A DNA stretch of 50,918 nucleotides from Patescibacteria group bacterium (GTDB lineage: Bacteria > Patescibacteriota > CPR2 > UBA1875): positions 1 to 50,918 of the forward strand of contig JAQVJW010000003.1 of assembly GCA_028694925.1 (NCBI GenBank). The letters are read 5' to 3'. The notes under the pieces were generated by a model that made no database searches, was not told the origin of the DNA, and saw only the letters and a list, made by a program, of their open reading frames with translations. A program made the position numbers and the translations under genes. Each line of letters opens with the position of its first letter. Position 1 is the stretch's first letter. Below are positions 9,113 to 17,051 of the stretch, one piece after another.

Positions 9113-10158
9113 TCCAAGAAATTTCTGATAGAGAAGGGGAGGTTATAAAGAACTCCCTTAACAATTATATGTTAATAGCGGCAAGAGATTATGAGCTTTT
9201 AACGTTTACTAGCGCTACGGTTTTCACAGAGAAATTGAAAAACATGGGTGGCCCAATCCTATCATCTATCTTTATTGTCACATCCAAAGATCATGGTAAG
9301 CTGTACTGGGATTCGGAAAAATTTGAGGATATAATGGCCTTTATCGATAAGAAGTTTAAGGATACTGAATACTTGGATAGTGTGATGAATAGAATAATAA
9401 TTTTAACCGATTATCTGAATGATTTTACGGATAGATGTGGTACAAAAGAATTTTTAATAAATAACAAACATGAATTTCTGGAGAATTATAAAGAATTTAT
9501 GTTCTACAATATCTTTTACCAATTTCAAACCGAATACCTTGTTGATACAGAAGAAAAAATTAAGTTCAAAGACTTAGTTTTCAAATATCATGAGATGACA
9601 CCGATAAAGGTCGACAAAATGTTTAAGAAATTAGATATTGGTAAGTTTTGCATCCAAGAGTTAGAAGAATCCTTGAATTCAGAGAATCCTTTAGAGACAT
9701 CAATCAAGAAGTATCGCAATATTTTTTACTATGATAATAGTCTTTTCGAAGTTCCTGAGAGTGACGCAAGAGAATTTGAGAATGAAATCAATAAAAAAGC
9801 AAGACTAAGGAACGAGTCTGTAAATAAAGACGCAAAAGAGTTAAGGGGAGTTGGGGCCAGTCAAGGTCAATACAAGGGTAGGGCAAAAGTTATAACCAAT
9901 TTAAATGAGCTTCACGGGATAGAGAAAGGTGTAGTTTTGGTAACAACTTCTACAAGGCCAAACTTTAACAAAGAAATAAAAGAGGCCGGTGCCATTATAT
10001 CCGAAAATGGTGGCGCTCTTTGTCACGCAGCTGTTGTTTCTAGGGAATATAATATTCCATGCGTGGTCGCTGTTCCAGGAGTAACTAGCATAATAAAAGA
10101 TGGTGACATAGTAGAGCTGGACGGTAAGCTAGGTGAAATTAAGATTTTTCCCAATTAG
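9109..10158 (+). CDS. Protein with C-terminal PEP-utilising enzyme mobile (phospho-His swivel) domain and unknown N-terminal domain
   Basis: GGALCHAAVVSREYNIPCVV motif; ATGA overlap with tyrS stop; AT-rich (spot count 15/60 GC at 9421-9480). Confidence 0.8.
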   Translation: MIQEISDREGEVIKNSLNNYMLIAARDYELLTFTSATVFTEKLKNMGGPILSSIFIVTSKDHGKLYWDSEKFEDIMAFIDKKFKDTEYLDSVMNRIIILTDYLNDFTDRCGTKEFLINNKHEFLENYKEFMFYNIFYQFQTEYLVDTEEKIKFKDLVFKYHEMTPIKVDKMFKKLDIGKFCIQELEESLNSENPLETSIKKYRNIFYYDNSLFEVPESDAREFENEINKKARLRNESVNKDAKELRGVGASQGQYKGRAKVITNLNELHGIEKGVVLVTTSTRPNFNKEIKEAGAIISENGGALCHAAVVSREYNIPCVVAVPGVTSIIKDGDIVELDGKLGEIKIFPN

Positions 10159-10194
10159 TTGTTTAAATAATTTTAGTAAGAGTAAAATAAGGGT

Positions 10195-12255
10195 ATGCCC
10201 ATAACACTTGATTCCACGATAACTGATCTTCCAGGGGTAGGTGATTCCTATGCCCAAAAGCTTGAGAAGCTTGGCGTAAATACTGCCCGGGATTTACTTT
10301 TGTACTTCCCGCGGCGCTGGGAAGACTTTTCGCACGTTACAAAGATCAGTGATGTTAAGGCTGGGGAACAAGTCTCTGTTAAAGGAGTCATCTTTGATAT
10401 TGGTACAAAGCGGAGTAAGCGCGGTATGCCAGTTACCGAGGCCGTTATTACCGATGACTCGGGGAGTGCGAAGGCTGTTTGGTTTAATCAGCCATATCTT
10501 GAGGGCAGTCTAAAAAAGGGTGATGAAATATATCTTGCCGGGAAGATGGAGTGGGGTTTTGGCCAATTAAACTTTGTCTCTCCTGCCTATGAGAAGGCTA
10601 AAGAGGCCGAGGATGAGCTCCGTCATACCGGTCGGATTGTGCCAATCTACCCCGAGACAGCTGGGGTTACTTCTAAATGGATTCGAACTAAGGTAGGGGG
10701 GCTCACAAAACTAATATATAACCTAAAGGACCACCTACCAGATAATGTTAAAAAACGACATGATCTTCTGGATCTTTCGGCAGCGGTTCGGACGATGCAT
10801 TTTCCGGAAAGCATCGATGAGCTTAAAAAGGCCCAAAAGAGGTTCTTGTATGATGATCTCTTTTGTCTTCTTCTCTCGGTTCTTGCAAACAAAAAAGAAT
10901 TAGAGAAGAATAAGGCGATTACAATTAAGTACAACGAAGCGGTTGGCAAAAAGTTTGTCGATTCTTTGCCGTACGATCTAACCAACGCTCAGCGAAAGGC
11001 AGCTTGGGAGATCCTAAAGGATATCGCGCGACCCATTCCAGCTAATAGACTTCTTGAGGGAGACGTCGGGAGTGGGAAGACGGTTGTAGCGGCGATGGCC
11101 GCCCTTATGACCGCAAATGCTGGGTATCAGGTTGCAATTCTCGCCCCAACGGAGATCTTAGCAAGGCAACATTATGAGAGTTTTAAGAGTTTACTCTCGA
11201 GCTTTAAAGATATCGAAGTAGTATTACTTACTGGCTCAATGACCGGGAAAGAGAAAGAAGATGCCCTACTTAAGATTAAAAATGGTGATGTTCAAATAGT
11301 AGTTGGTACTCATGCTATTCTTTCTGAGAATGTTGAATTTTGGACCTTGGCTCTTGTAATCGTCGATGAACAGCACCGTTTTGGGGTCGCCCAAAGGATG
11401 AAGCTCAAGAAAGCTAATGGGGAAACTGATGCGATGCCTCATTTTCTCTCAATGAGCGCCACTCCAATTCCACGGACTCTGGCGATTACGGTTTTTGGAG
11501 ATTTAACTCTCTCTGTTCTCGATGAGATGCCGCCTGGACGCGAAAAAGTAGATACTCACATCGTGCCACCAGCCAAAAGAACAGAGGGTTATCGATTCAT
11601 AGACCAGAGAATAGAAGAGGGGAGACAGGTCTTTGTGATTTGTCCCCTAATCTCAGCTTCTGATAAGCTTGGAGTTAAGTCAGTCGTCGAAGAGGCCGAT
11701 AATCTAAAAAAAGTATTTTCAAAAAGAAAAGTCGGACTCTTACACGGGAAGCTAAAACCAGCCGAAAAAGAAAAAGTAATGAATGACTTTAAAGAAGGAA
11801 AACTTGATATCCTTGTCTCTACTTCGGTTATTGAGGTGGGGGTTGATGTTCCAAATGCTAGCATTATGGTTATTGAAGGAGCAGATCGGTTTGGACTCGC
11901 AAGCTTGCATCAGTTCCGAGGTAGAGTTGGAAGGGGGAAGCATAAGTCTTATTGCTTCCTCTTTACTGATTCAAAAAATGAGAAGACTCTAGAGAGGCTT
12001 AATGCTCTTTCCTTATTAAATAACGGATTTGAGCTTGCGGAAAAAGACCTTGAGCTTCGGGGACCAGGGGAGCTCTTAGGCGTTAAGCAATCTGGAAAGA
12101 TCGATAGCACGATGATGCGGGTTCTTTCAGACCCTCTGATCATTAAAGAGGTCAGGGAGACAGCCGAGAAGTTTATCGTGAAAGAGAACCTTGATGATTA
12201 CCCAAAACTTAAAGAGAAGGTAGCCGAGTTTGAGGTAGCGGCGAAATTGGAGTAA
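10195..12255 (+). CDS. recG: ATP-dependent DNA helicase RecG
   Basis: wedge OB domain, GDVGSGKT, DEQHRFG, SATPIPRT, LHQFRGRVGRG, DLELRGPG. Confidence 0.97.
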   Translation: MPITLDSTITDLPGVGDSYAQKLEKLGVNTARDLLLYFPRRWEDFSHVTKISDVKAGEQVSVKGVIFDIGTKRSKRGMPVTEAVITDDSGSAKAVWFNQPYLEGSLKKGDEIYLAGKMEWGFGQLNFVSPAYEKAKEAEDELRHTGRIVPIYPETAGVTSKWIRTKVGGLTKLIYNLKDHLPDNVKKRHDLLDLSAAVRTMHFPESIDELKKAQKRFLYDDLFCLLLSVLANKKELEKNKAITIKYNEAVGKKFVDSLPYDLTNAQRKAAWEILKDIARPIPANRLLEGDVGSGKTVVAAMAALMTANAGYQVAILAPTEILARQHYESFKSLLSSFKDIEVVLLTGSMTGKEKEDALLKIKNGDVQIVVGTHAILSENVEFWTLALVIVDEQHRFGVAQRMKLKKANGETDAMPHFLSMSATPIPRTLAITVFGDLTLSVLDEMPPGREKVDTHIVPPAKRTEGYRFIDQRIEEGRQVFVICPLISASDKLGVKSVVEEADNLKKVFSKRKVGLLHGKLKPAEKEKVMNDFKEGKLDILVSTSVIEVGVDVPNASIMVIEGADRFGLASLHQFRGRVGRGKHKSYCFLFTDSKNEKTLERLNALSLLNNGFELAEKDLELRGPGELLGVKQSGKIDSTMMRVLSDPLIIKEVRETAEKFIVKENLDDYPKLKEKVAEFEVAAKLE

Positions 12256-12297
12256 AAGTAAATTGTAAATCTAACTCCGCCTTGCTAAAATATTGTT

Positions 12298-12843
12298 ATG
12301 CATATCGGTACTGGACAATTTGAAGGGAAGAAACTCAAAGATTCCCATGATGGGGCACCGCTTTCAACTAGGATCCTTACGATGAAGGAATCTATCTTTG
12401 AAATTATTGGGGTTCGAATTCATGAATCGGCTGTCCTTGATATTAACGATCAAAACGGGATGTATGGGATAGAGGCAGTATCAAAGGGTGCCGCCGTAGT
12501 TCAGTTTATAAACCTCCATAAGGAGGAGAGAAGTCTCGTGTCTGATAACTTAAAGATTGTTGGGCTTGACCCTAATGAATTTGTAATCGACAAAGAACCG
12601 GAGGATTTCTTTAAGAAGGGTACCGATGCCCGGTTTGATATAATCTTTTTTAGAGCGGTTGATAAGCATTGCCTTTCGATGCTCGAGAGGGTTCTCGCAC
12701 TCCAAAACGAAAGTGGGATAACAGTAGTCTTTCATCCTCAAGATAATGATTGTGAGCTTCGCGAAGCACCAGAGGGATATCAAATTATTGATACCAGAGA
12801 TGTAGAGACGGACCGTGTTACGGTGATGCTTAGACAGAAATAA
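12298..12843 (+). CDS. RsmD-like methyltransferase homologue with degenerate SAM and catalytic motifs
   Basis: RsmD layout (M.I.TG...GKKL, KESIFEII, VLD...G..GIEAVSKGA, FDIIF) but FAGSG->NDQNG and DPPY->FRAV. Confidence 0.7.
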   Translation: MHIGTGQFEGKKLKDSHDGAPLSTRILTMKESIFEIIGVRIHESAVLDINDQNGMYGIEAVSKGAAVVQFINLHKEERSLVSDNLKIVGLDPNEFVIDKEPEDFFKKGTDARFDIIFFRAVDKHCLSMLERVLALQNESGITVVFHPQDNDCELREAPEGYQIIDTRDVETDRVTVMLRQK

Positions 12844-12888
12844 TTTACTGGAAAAAAGGTCCTTAGTTTGGTAATATATGCAAGCCTA

Positions 12889-12973
12889 GCCGGAGTGGCG
12901 GAACTGGTAGACGCGCTAGTCTTAGGAACTAGTGGGAATTCCCGTGGAGGTTCGAGTCCTCTCTCCGGCACCA
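12889..12973 (+). tRNA. tRNA-Leu (anticodon TAG)
   Basis: acceptor GCCGGAG/CTCCGGC, D-loop GGTA, anticodon stem CTAGT/ACTAG with loop CTTAGGA, long variable arm, TTCGAGT T-loop, encoded CCA. Confidence 0.97.
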
Positions 12974-12984
12974 AATAAGAACTA

Positions 12985-13011
12985 AAAAGCCGCTCTTTTG
13001 AGCGGTTTTTT
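12985..13011 (+). terminator. Intrinsic terminator after tRNA-Leu
   Basis: ccgctc-tttt-gagcgg-tttttt. Confidence 0.8.
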
Positions 13012-13025
13012 GATATAATGGCGCT

Positions 13026-13580
13026 ATGGTAATAAAGAAGCTACCCCAAATTGGGGACCCAATATTAAGGAAAAGGGCAAAGAACTTAACTTTTAGAGAC
13101 CTTCGTGATCCTCGGACCAAGAGAATAATCAAAGACCTTATAGATACGATGCGTGAACGAGGTCTGGTGGGTATCGCGGCACCACAGCTTGGTGAAAGTG
13201 TTCGAATTTTTGTTGTTGAGGTTAGGCCCACCAAAGTAAGGAAGCTGGAACTAGAGCCTTTAAGAATATTTATTAATCCTCGTATAAATTGGAAATCAAA
13301 ACAAACCGTTGTGGATTACGAGGGTTGTGGCAGTGTTCTTAATGGGAAGATCTTTGGACCCGTTAGAAGGCACAAAAGTATTGTAATTGAATATGATGAT
13401 ATTGAGGGAGGTCGTCATAAATTAAAAGCAACTGGCAATCTTTCTATCATTGTTCAACATGAGTATGATCACCTTAATGGCATTCTCTTTACTGATAAAT
13501 TGACCGACAACAAGAAAATATTAGATTATGATCATTATCTTAAGATGCGTAAGGATTACCATAAATCTCAAAGAAAATAA
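13026..13580 (+). CDS. def: Peptide deformylase
   Basis: GLVGIAAPQLG, EGCGS, QHEYDHLNG. Confidence 0.95.
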   Translation: MVIKKLPQIGDPILRKRAKNLTFRDLRDPRTKRIIKDLIDTMRERGLVGIAAPQLGESVRIFVVEVRPTKVRKLELEPLRIFINPRINWKSKQTVVDYEGCGSVLNGKIFGPVRRHKSIVIEYDDIEGGRHKLKATGNLSIIVQHEYDHLNGILFTDKLTDNKKILDYDHYLKMRKDYHKSQRK

Positions 13581-13587
13581 GGACTTA

Positions 13588-13613
13588 AAAACCACTCGTT
13601 AGAGTGGGGTTTG
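13588..13613 (-). terminator. Intrinsic terminator for the minus-strand insert (may also end def)
   Basis: minus strand ccactc-taac-gagtgg-ttttt. Confidence 0.6.
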
Positions 13614-13650
13614 ATAGAGAGCGGGGCCCCCGGCAACGCCGGGAGCCCCG

Positions 13651-14067
13651 TCAAGTAGAGCCAAAGCCACTACTGGTGCAACACCCTTGCATCTGGATGG
13701 CGCCCGAGCGTACTCGGACGACTTCGCATTTCCCTGCGCAGGGCGGGCGTCTGCCCGAGTTTGGCGCAAGAGCTACTTTTTTCACTCTCGGCCTGGGTCC
13801 CTTGACCCATAATCCCTTGGCCGATTGGCCTACCAATCGCCCGAAGGCAAATGGTTTCTTGAGCGATGCCCCTCTGGCATCGGGATTTCTGAGACTTCTA
13901 GGCCTCGGAGTTCTCACTCCACCTCTGTTCGGCGAGGAGCCGGACCACTCAAGGTCTAGGTTTGGGAACGGAGGATTGCTATGGTAGCCGTTTCTCCAGA
14001 ATTCCCCGTCACTCGAGGCGGAACGATACCCTCTCTCGAGGGACGAATCCGCTATACTCATCTTCAC
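13651..14067 (-). CDS. Possible 138-aa orphan, P/G/R/S-rich with C-terminal Cys residues; may be non-coding
   Basis: open frame ending just before the 13622-13650 hairpin; weak SD, composition typical of GC-rich chance ORFs. Confidence 0.25.
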   Translation of the reverse strand: MKMSIADSSLERGYRSASSDGEFWRNGYHSNPPFPNLDLEWSGSSPNRGGVRTPRPRSLRNPDARGASLKKPFAFGRLVGQSAKGLWVKGPRPRVKKVALAPNSGRRPPCAGKCEVVRVRSGAIQMQGCCTSSGFGST

Positions 14068-14103
14068 CGCAGTGTCCCATTAAGGACAGTGCGGGCGAAA
14101 CCG

Positions 14104-14235
14104 TCAAGCGAACCCCGCCGGATAGCCGCATGGACAGCGCTTGAGTCGGAACCCCGCCCAGCGCGGACGCCCGTCAGGCGTCGTAGTCGTCGCTATCGGC
14201 GGTCCGATACTCGGTGCTTCCGGAAACAGCATCAC
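14104..14235 (-). CDS. Possible 43-aa peptide (MMLFPEAPSIGPP...KRCPCGYPAGFA)
   Basis: SD GGGGAGGTGA upstream of GTG-ATG. Confidence 0.35.
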   Translation of the reverse strand: MMLFPEAPSIGPPIATTTTPDGRPRWAGFRLKRCPCGYPAGFA

Positions 14236-14420
14236 CGCGTTTCACCTCCCCCTGGTAGTTCGCCAAAAAAAGGTGCTGCTGGGGCTTTACCCGTCTCTTT
14301 CTACGGGCCTAGCCCCTGCGCCGGCTGACCGTCGTGGTCAGCTAGCGAGCTCGCCGTCGATCGCGACGATCGCGACGACGTCGATGATCATCGTGTGCGG
14401 ATGCGGAGTTTTGGTAGGCA

Positions 14421-14456
14421 CTAGCCTGTCGACCTCTTCACACCCATAGCGACCAT
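14421..14456 (-). CDS. Possible 11-aa leader peptide MVAMGVKRSTG
   Basis: strong SD GGAGGAAGGAG directly upstream; first start codon after the promoter. Confidence 0.35.
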   Translation of the reverse strand: MVAMGVKRSTG

Positions 14457-14526
14457 CTTCTCCTTCCTCCCCGAAGGGAACTGCGCCACCTGCACCTTGC
14501 CGGCAGGTAGCTAATGAAGAATAAAA

Positions 14527-14555
14527 AAAAGATAGCACAAACATAAGAACTTGTC
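14527..14555 (-). promoter_or_regulatory. sigma70 promoter driving the minus-strand insert
   Basis: minus strand TTGACA-agttcttatgtttgtgc (17 nt)-TATCTT. Confidence 0.7.
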
Positions 14556-14578
14556 AAATGTTTTGTGCAATTTGATGG

Positions 14579-14607
14579 TTGCCGAGTTAGAGGATTTTTG
14601 CTAAGAT
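14579..14607 (+). promoter_or_regulatory. trxA-tig promoter (extended -10)
   Basis: TTGCCG, 17 nt, TGc-TAAGAT. Confidence 0.6.
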
Positions 14608-14641
14608 AGCAAGGCATTAAAGATAATTATTGGGAGGAATT

Positions 14642-14956
14642 GTGAGCGTAGTAACCTTAAATGATTCAAATTTTAAGTCCGAAGTAGAAGAGGCTACCGG
14701 GGTAGTAGTCATTGATTTCTATGCTGATTGGTGTGGCCCTTGTAAGATGATGGCCCCAATCTTTGAAGAGACTGCTGGGGAAGTTAAGGATGCGAAGTTT
14801 GGGAAGCTTAATGTAGATGAGGCTCGAGAAACAGCAATGCGTTTTAATGTGATGAGTATCCCAACCTTAATTGTCTTTAAGGACGGTAAGGTGGTAAACC
14901 AGGTTGCGGGGGTTCAGGATAAAGAAGCACTTAAGCGAATGGTTTCGGAGGCTTAG
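14642..14956 (+). CDS. trxA: Thioredoxin
   Basis: WCGPC, MSIPTL; GTG start at 14642 behind SD GGAGG (track start 14630 is too early). Confidence 0.96.
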   Translation: MSVVTLNDSNFKSEVEEATGVVVIDFYADWCGPCKMMAPIFEETAGEVKDAKFGKLNVDEARETAMRFNVMSIPTLIVFKDGKVVNQVAGVQDKEALKRMVSEA

Positions 14957-16254
14957 TGAGCTACAAAGTTACAGAAAAAAAAAGTAGTGAGGTTGCTTTC
15001 GAGATTACAGTCGATAAAGAAAAACTAGAAGCAGTTACGAAGATTGTCTCGGAAGAGCTTGGCAAGAATGTTAAGATTGATGGCTTTCGGCCCGGTAAAG
15101 CACCTCAGTTTTTGATCGAAAAAGAAGTCGGGAAAGACCGCTTTTGGGCCGAAGTGATCGATAAGGTAGTCCCTGAGGCATATTATGAAGCTGTCGTGGC
15201 CGAAAAGATTCAGGCTATCGCAAACCCTGAGATCCAAGTTAAAGAGTTTGTTCCAGGTGAAAAGTTAGTCTTTACAGCAAAGACTGCTGTCTTACCTGAG
15301 ATAAAAGACTTTAAATACAAAGATTTTAAAATTAAGCACAGGTTTGAGGCGCCAACTGAAAAAGAAGAAAAGGGGGCTCTTACGGGACTTACTGAGAAAT
15401 ATGCCGAGTTTAAGGAAGTCAAAAGAGCCGCAGGTGAGGGTGATAGGGTAGAGATTGATTTTAAGGGAACGCTAAAAGGGCTCCCATTTGATGGTGGGGA
15501 ATCGAAGAATCACCCCCTTGTACTTGGTAGTGGGATGATGATCCCTGGCTTTGAGGAAAAGATAGAGGGTCATAAAGCAGGAGAAGAGTTTGATTTTGAG
15601 ATTACTTTTCCTAAGGATTATCAGGCCAAGAATCTAGCTGGCGAGAAGGTAAAGTTTGAGGTCAAGCTCCATAAAGTAGAGGAGAAAGAAATTCCAGAGC
15701 TTTCGGATGAATTTGCAAAGAAGTTTGGTCTTAAAGATCTTAATGATCTAAAGAAAAGTCTCTCGAAGGAGCTTGCGATGCAGAAGGAACTAGCCGCAAA
15801 GCGCGAAACCGAAGAGAAGATAATCGAAAAGATAATTGAGAAAAATAGGATAGAAGCTCCGGAGGTTCTTGTCACAGAAGAGATTCACCGAATGGTGCAT
15901 GAGGCAGAGCATAATCTCGGACATTCTGGGATGACACTTGATAAGTTTCTTGAGATGAGTCAAAAGACTTTAGAAGAACTTCATAAGGAGATGAAGCCTG
16001 AGGCCGAAAAGAGAGTCCAAGTGGGAGTCCTTTTGGGCGAAGTCTCAAAGCAAGAGAAGATCAAGGTGGAAGATAAAGATGTGGATGCGGAGATCGAAAA
16101 GATCATAGCGACCGCTCCACCAGAGCTTAAGAAAGAAGATATTAAGGCTTCTTATGATACGAAAGAGAGAAGAAGAGAGATCGCCAACAACCTTATTATT
16201 AGGAAAGCGGTTGATCGACTTTGGGAACTAAACGTCGAAAAAGCTAAAAAGTAA
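14956..16254 (+). CDS. tig: Trigger factor
   Basis: DGFRPGKAP ribosome-binding motif, FKBP domain (IDFKG...MIPGFEE...ITFPKDY), upstream of clpP. Confidence 0.96.
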   Translation: MSYKVTEKKSSEVAFEITVDKEKLEAVTKIVSEELGKNVKIDGFRPGKAPQFLIEKEVGKDRFWAEVIDKVVPEAYYEAVVAEKIQAIANPEIQVKEFVPGEKLVFTAKTAVLPEIKDFKYKDFKIKHRFEAPTEKEEKGALTGLTEKYAEFKEVKRAAGEGDRVEIDFKGTLKGLPFDGGESKNHPLVLGSGMMIPGFEEKIEGHKAGEEFDFEITFPKDYQAKNLAGEKVKFEVKLHKVEEKEIPELSDEFAKKFGLKDLNDLKKSLSKELAMQKELAAKRETEEKIIEKIIEKNRIEAPEVLVTEEIHRMVHEAEHNLGHSGMTLDKFLEMSQKTLEELHKEMKPEAEKRVQVGVLLGEVSKQEKIKVEDKDVDAEIEKIIATAPPELKKEDIKASYDTKERRREIANNLIIRKAVDRLWELNVEKAKK

Positions 16255-16300
16255 AAAACTTTTTAGAGTGATATAATAGAGGAGTAAGTAGAGGATTAAG

Positions 16301-16900
16301 ATGAAAATTAAGAATCAAATTCTTGTTCCAACGGTTATTGAGCAAACAAATATGGGGGAGCGGGCTTATGATATCTATTCTAGGCTCCTTAAAGACAGAA
16401 TTATATTTATAGGGGATGCGATCGATGACCATGTGGCCAATATTGTGATTGCGCAACTTTTGTTCCTTGAGGCCCAGGACGATAAAAAGGATATTAAGCT
16501 GTTTATAAACTCACCGGGAGGGATTGTCTATTCTACCCTTGCAATCTATGACACGATGCAGTTTATAAAACCCGATGTCCAGACGATCTGTGTAGGGATG
16601 GCGGCATCCGGAGCTTCTGTTTTACTTACAGCCGGTACTAAAGGCAAGCGTTACTCACTTCCAAACTCAAGAGTAATGATCCATCAGCCAATGGGTGGCG
16701 CCGAAGGTCAAGCAACCGATATCTCAATTCAGGCTAAAGAGATTCTCTACATTAAGGATAAAATGATTGATGTGATGAAAAAGCACACCGGACAGACAAA
16801 GGAGAAGCTCGAGCGGGATATGGAGCGAGATTTCTTTATGAGTGCAGAGGAAGCCAAAAAGTACGGAATAATAGACGAGATAATTACGTCAAGCAAATAA
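16301..16900 (+). CDS. clpP: ATP-dependent Clp protease proteolytic subunit
   Basis: [36 protein letters not shown] Ser-His-Asp triad. Confidence 0.97.
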   Translation: MKIKNQILVPTVIEQTNMGERAYDIYSRLLKDRIIFIGDAIDDHVANIVIAQLLFLEAQDDKKDIKLFINSPGGIVYSTLAIYDTMQFIKPDVQTICVGMAASGASVLLTAGTKGKRYSLPNSRVMIHQPMGGAEGQATDISIQAKEILYIKDKMIDVMKKHTGQTKEKLERDMERDFFMSAEEAKKYGIIDEIITSSK

Positions 16901-16915
16901 TCTTTATAAAATCCC

Positions 16916-16944
16916 TTGACATTGTGGATAAAAGACGATATTAT
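16916..16944 (+). promoter_or_regulatory. rpoBC promoter with a perfect DnaA box (TGTGGATAA, 16923-16931) in the spacer
   Basis: TTGACA, 17 nt, TATTAT. Confidence 0.75.
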
Positions 16945-17051
16945 CATTCTTGCCTAATTTATTTGGATTTATTATACGCAAAATGGCAGGCCTCGGCCAA
17001 ATTACAAAGTAATAATTTAACCCTTACAAGGAAGAGAAAGGGCGTTTTTTA

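Larger units (their letters stand above)
13620..14520 (-). ncRNA. Candidate large structured RNA (GC-rich, hairpin-dense); identity unknown
   Basis: promoter 14527-14555, terminator 13588-13613, about 20 stem-loops found by eye incl. GAGA, UUCG and UACG tetraloops; G-U wobbles read correctly on the minus strand. Confidence 0.4.

Noticed and set aside
13320-13334. Deformylase motif EGCGS instead of EGCLS
   Set aside because: Metal-binding Cys and HExxH are intact; single non-ligand change of limited significance.
14351-14384. GATCGCGAC tandem as a CRISPR or tandem-repeat array
   Set aside because: Only two 9-nt copies, no spacers, no cas genes; explained as a hairpin.
13604-14449. Plus-strand ORFs 13604..13987, 13981..14328 (has a GGAGG SD) and 14141..14449
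   Set aside because: No plus-strand promoter after the def terminator region; P/R/S-rich composition expected from GC-rich DNA; promoter, terminator and G-U wobbles all point to the minus strand. Not fully excluded.
13620-14520. Identity as RNase P RNA, tmRNA, SRP/6S RNA, group I intron or hammerhead ribozyme
   Set aside because: No GAGGAAAGUCC (RNase P), no tRNA-like ends (tmRNA), no group I P7/S motifs, no CUGANGA..GAAA core seen by eye; a covariance-model search is still needed.
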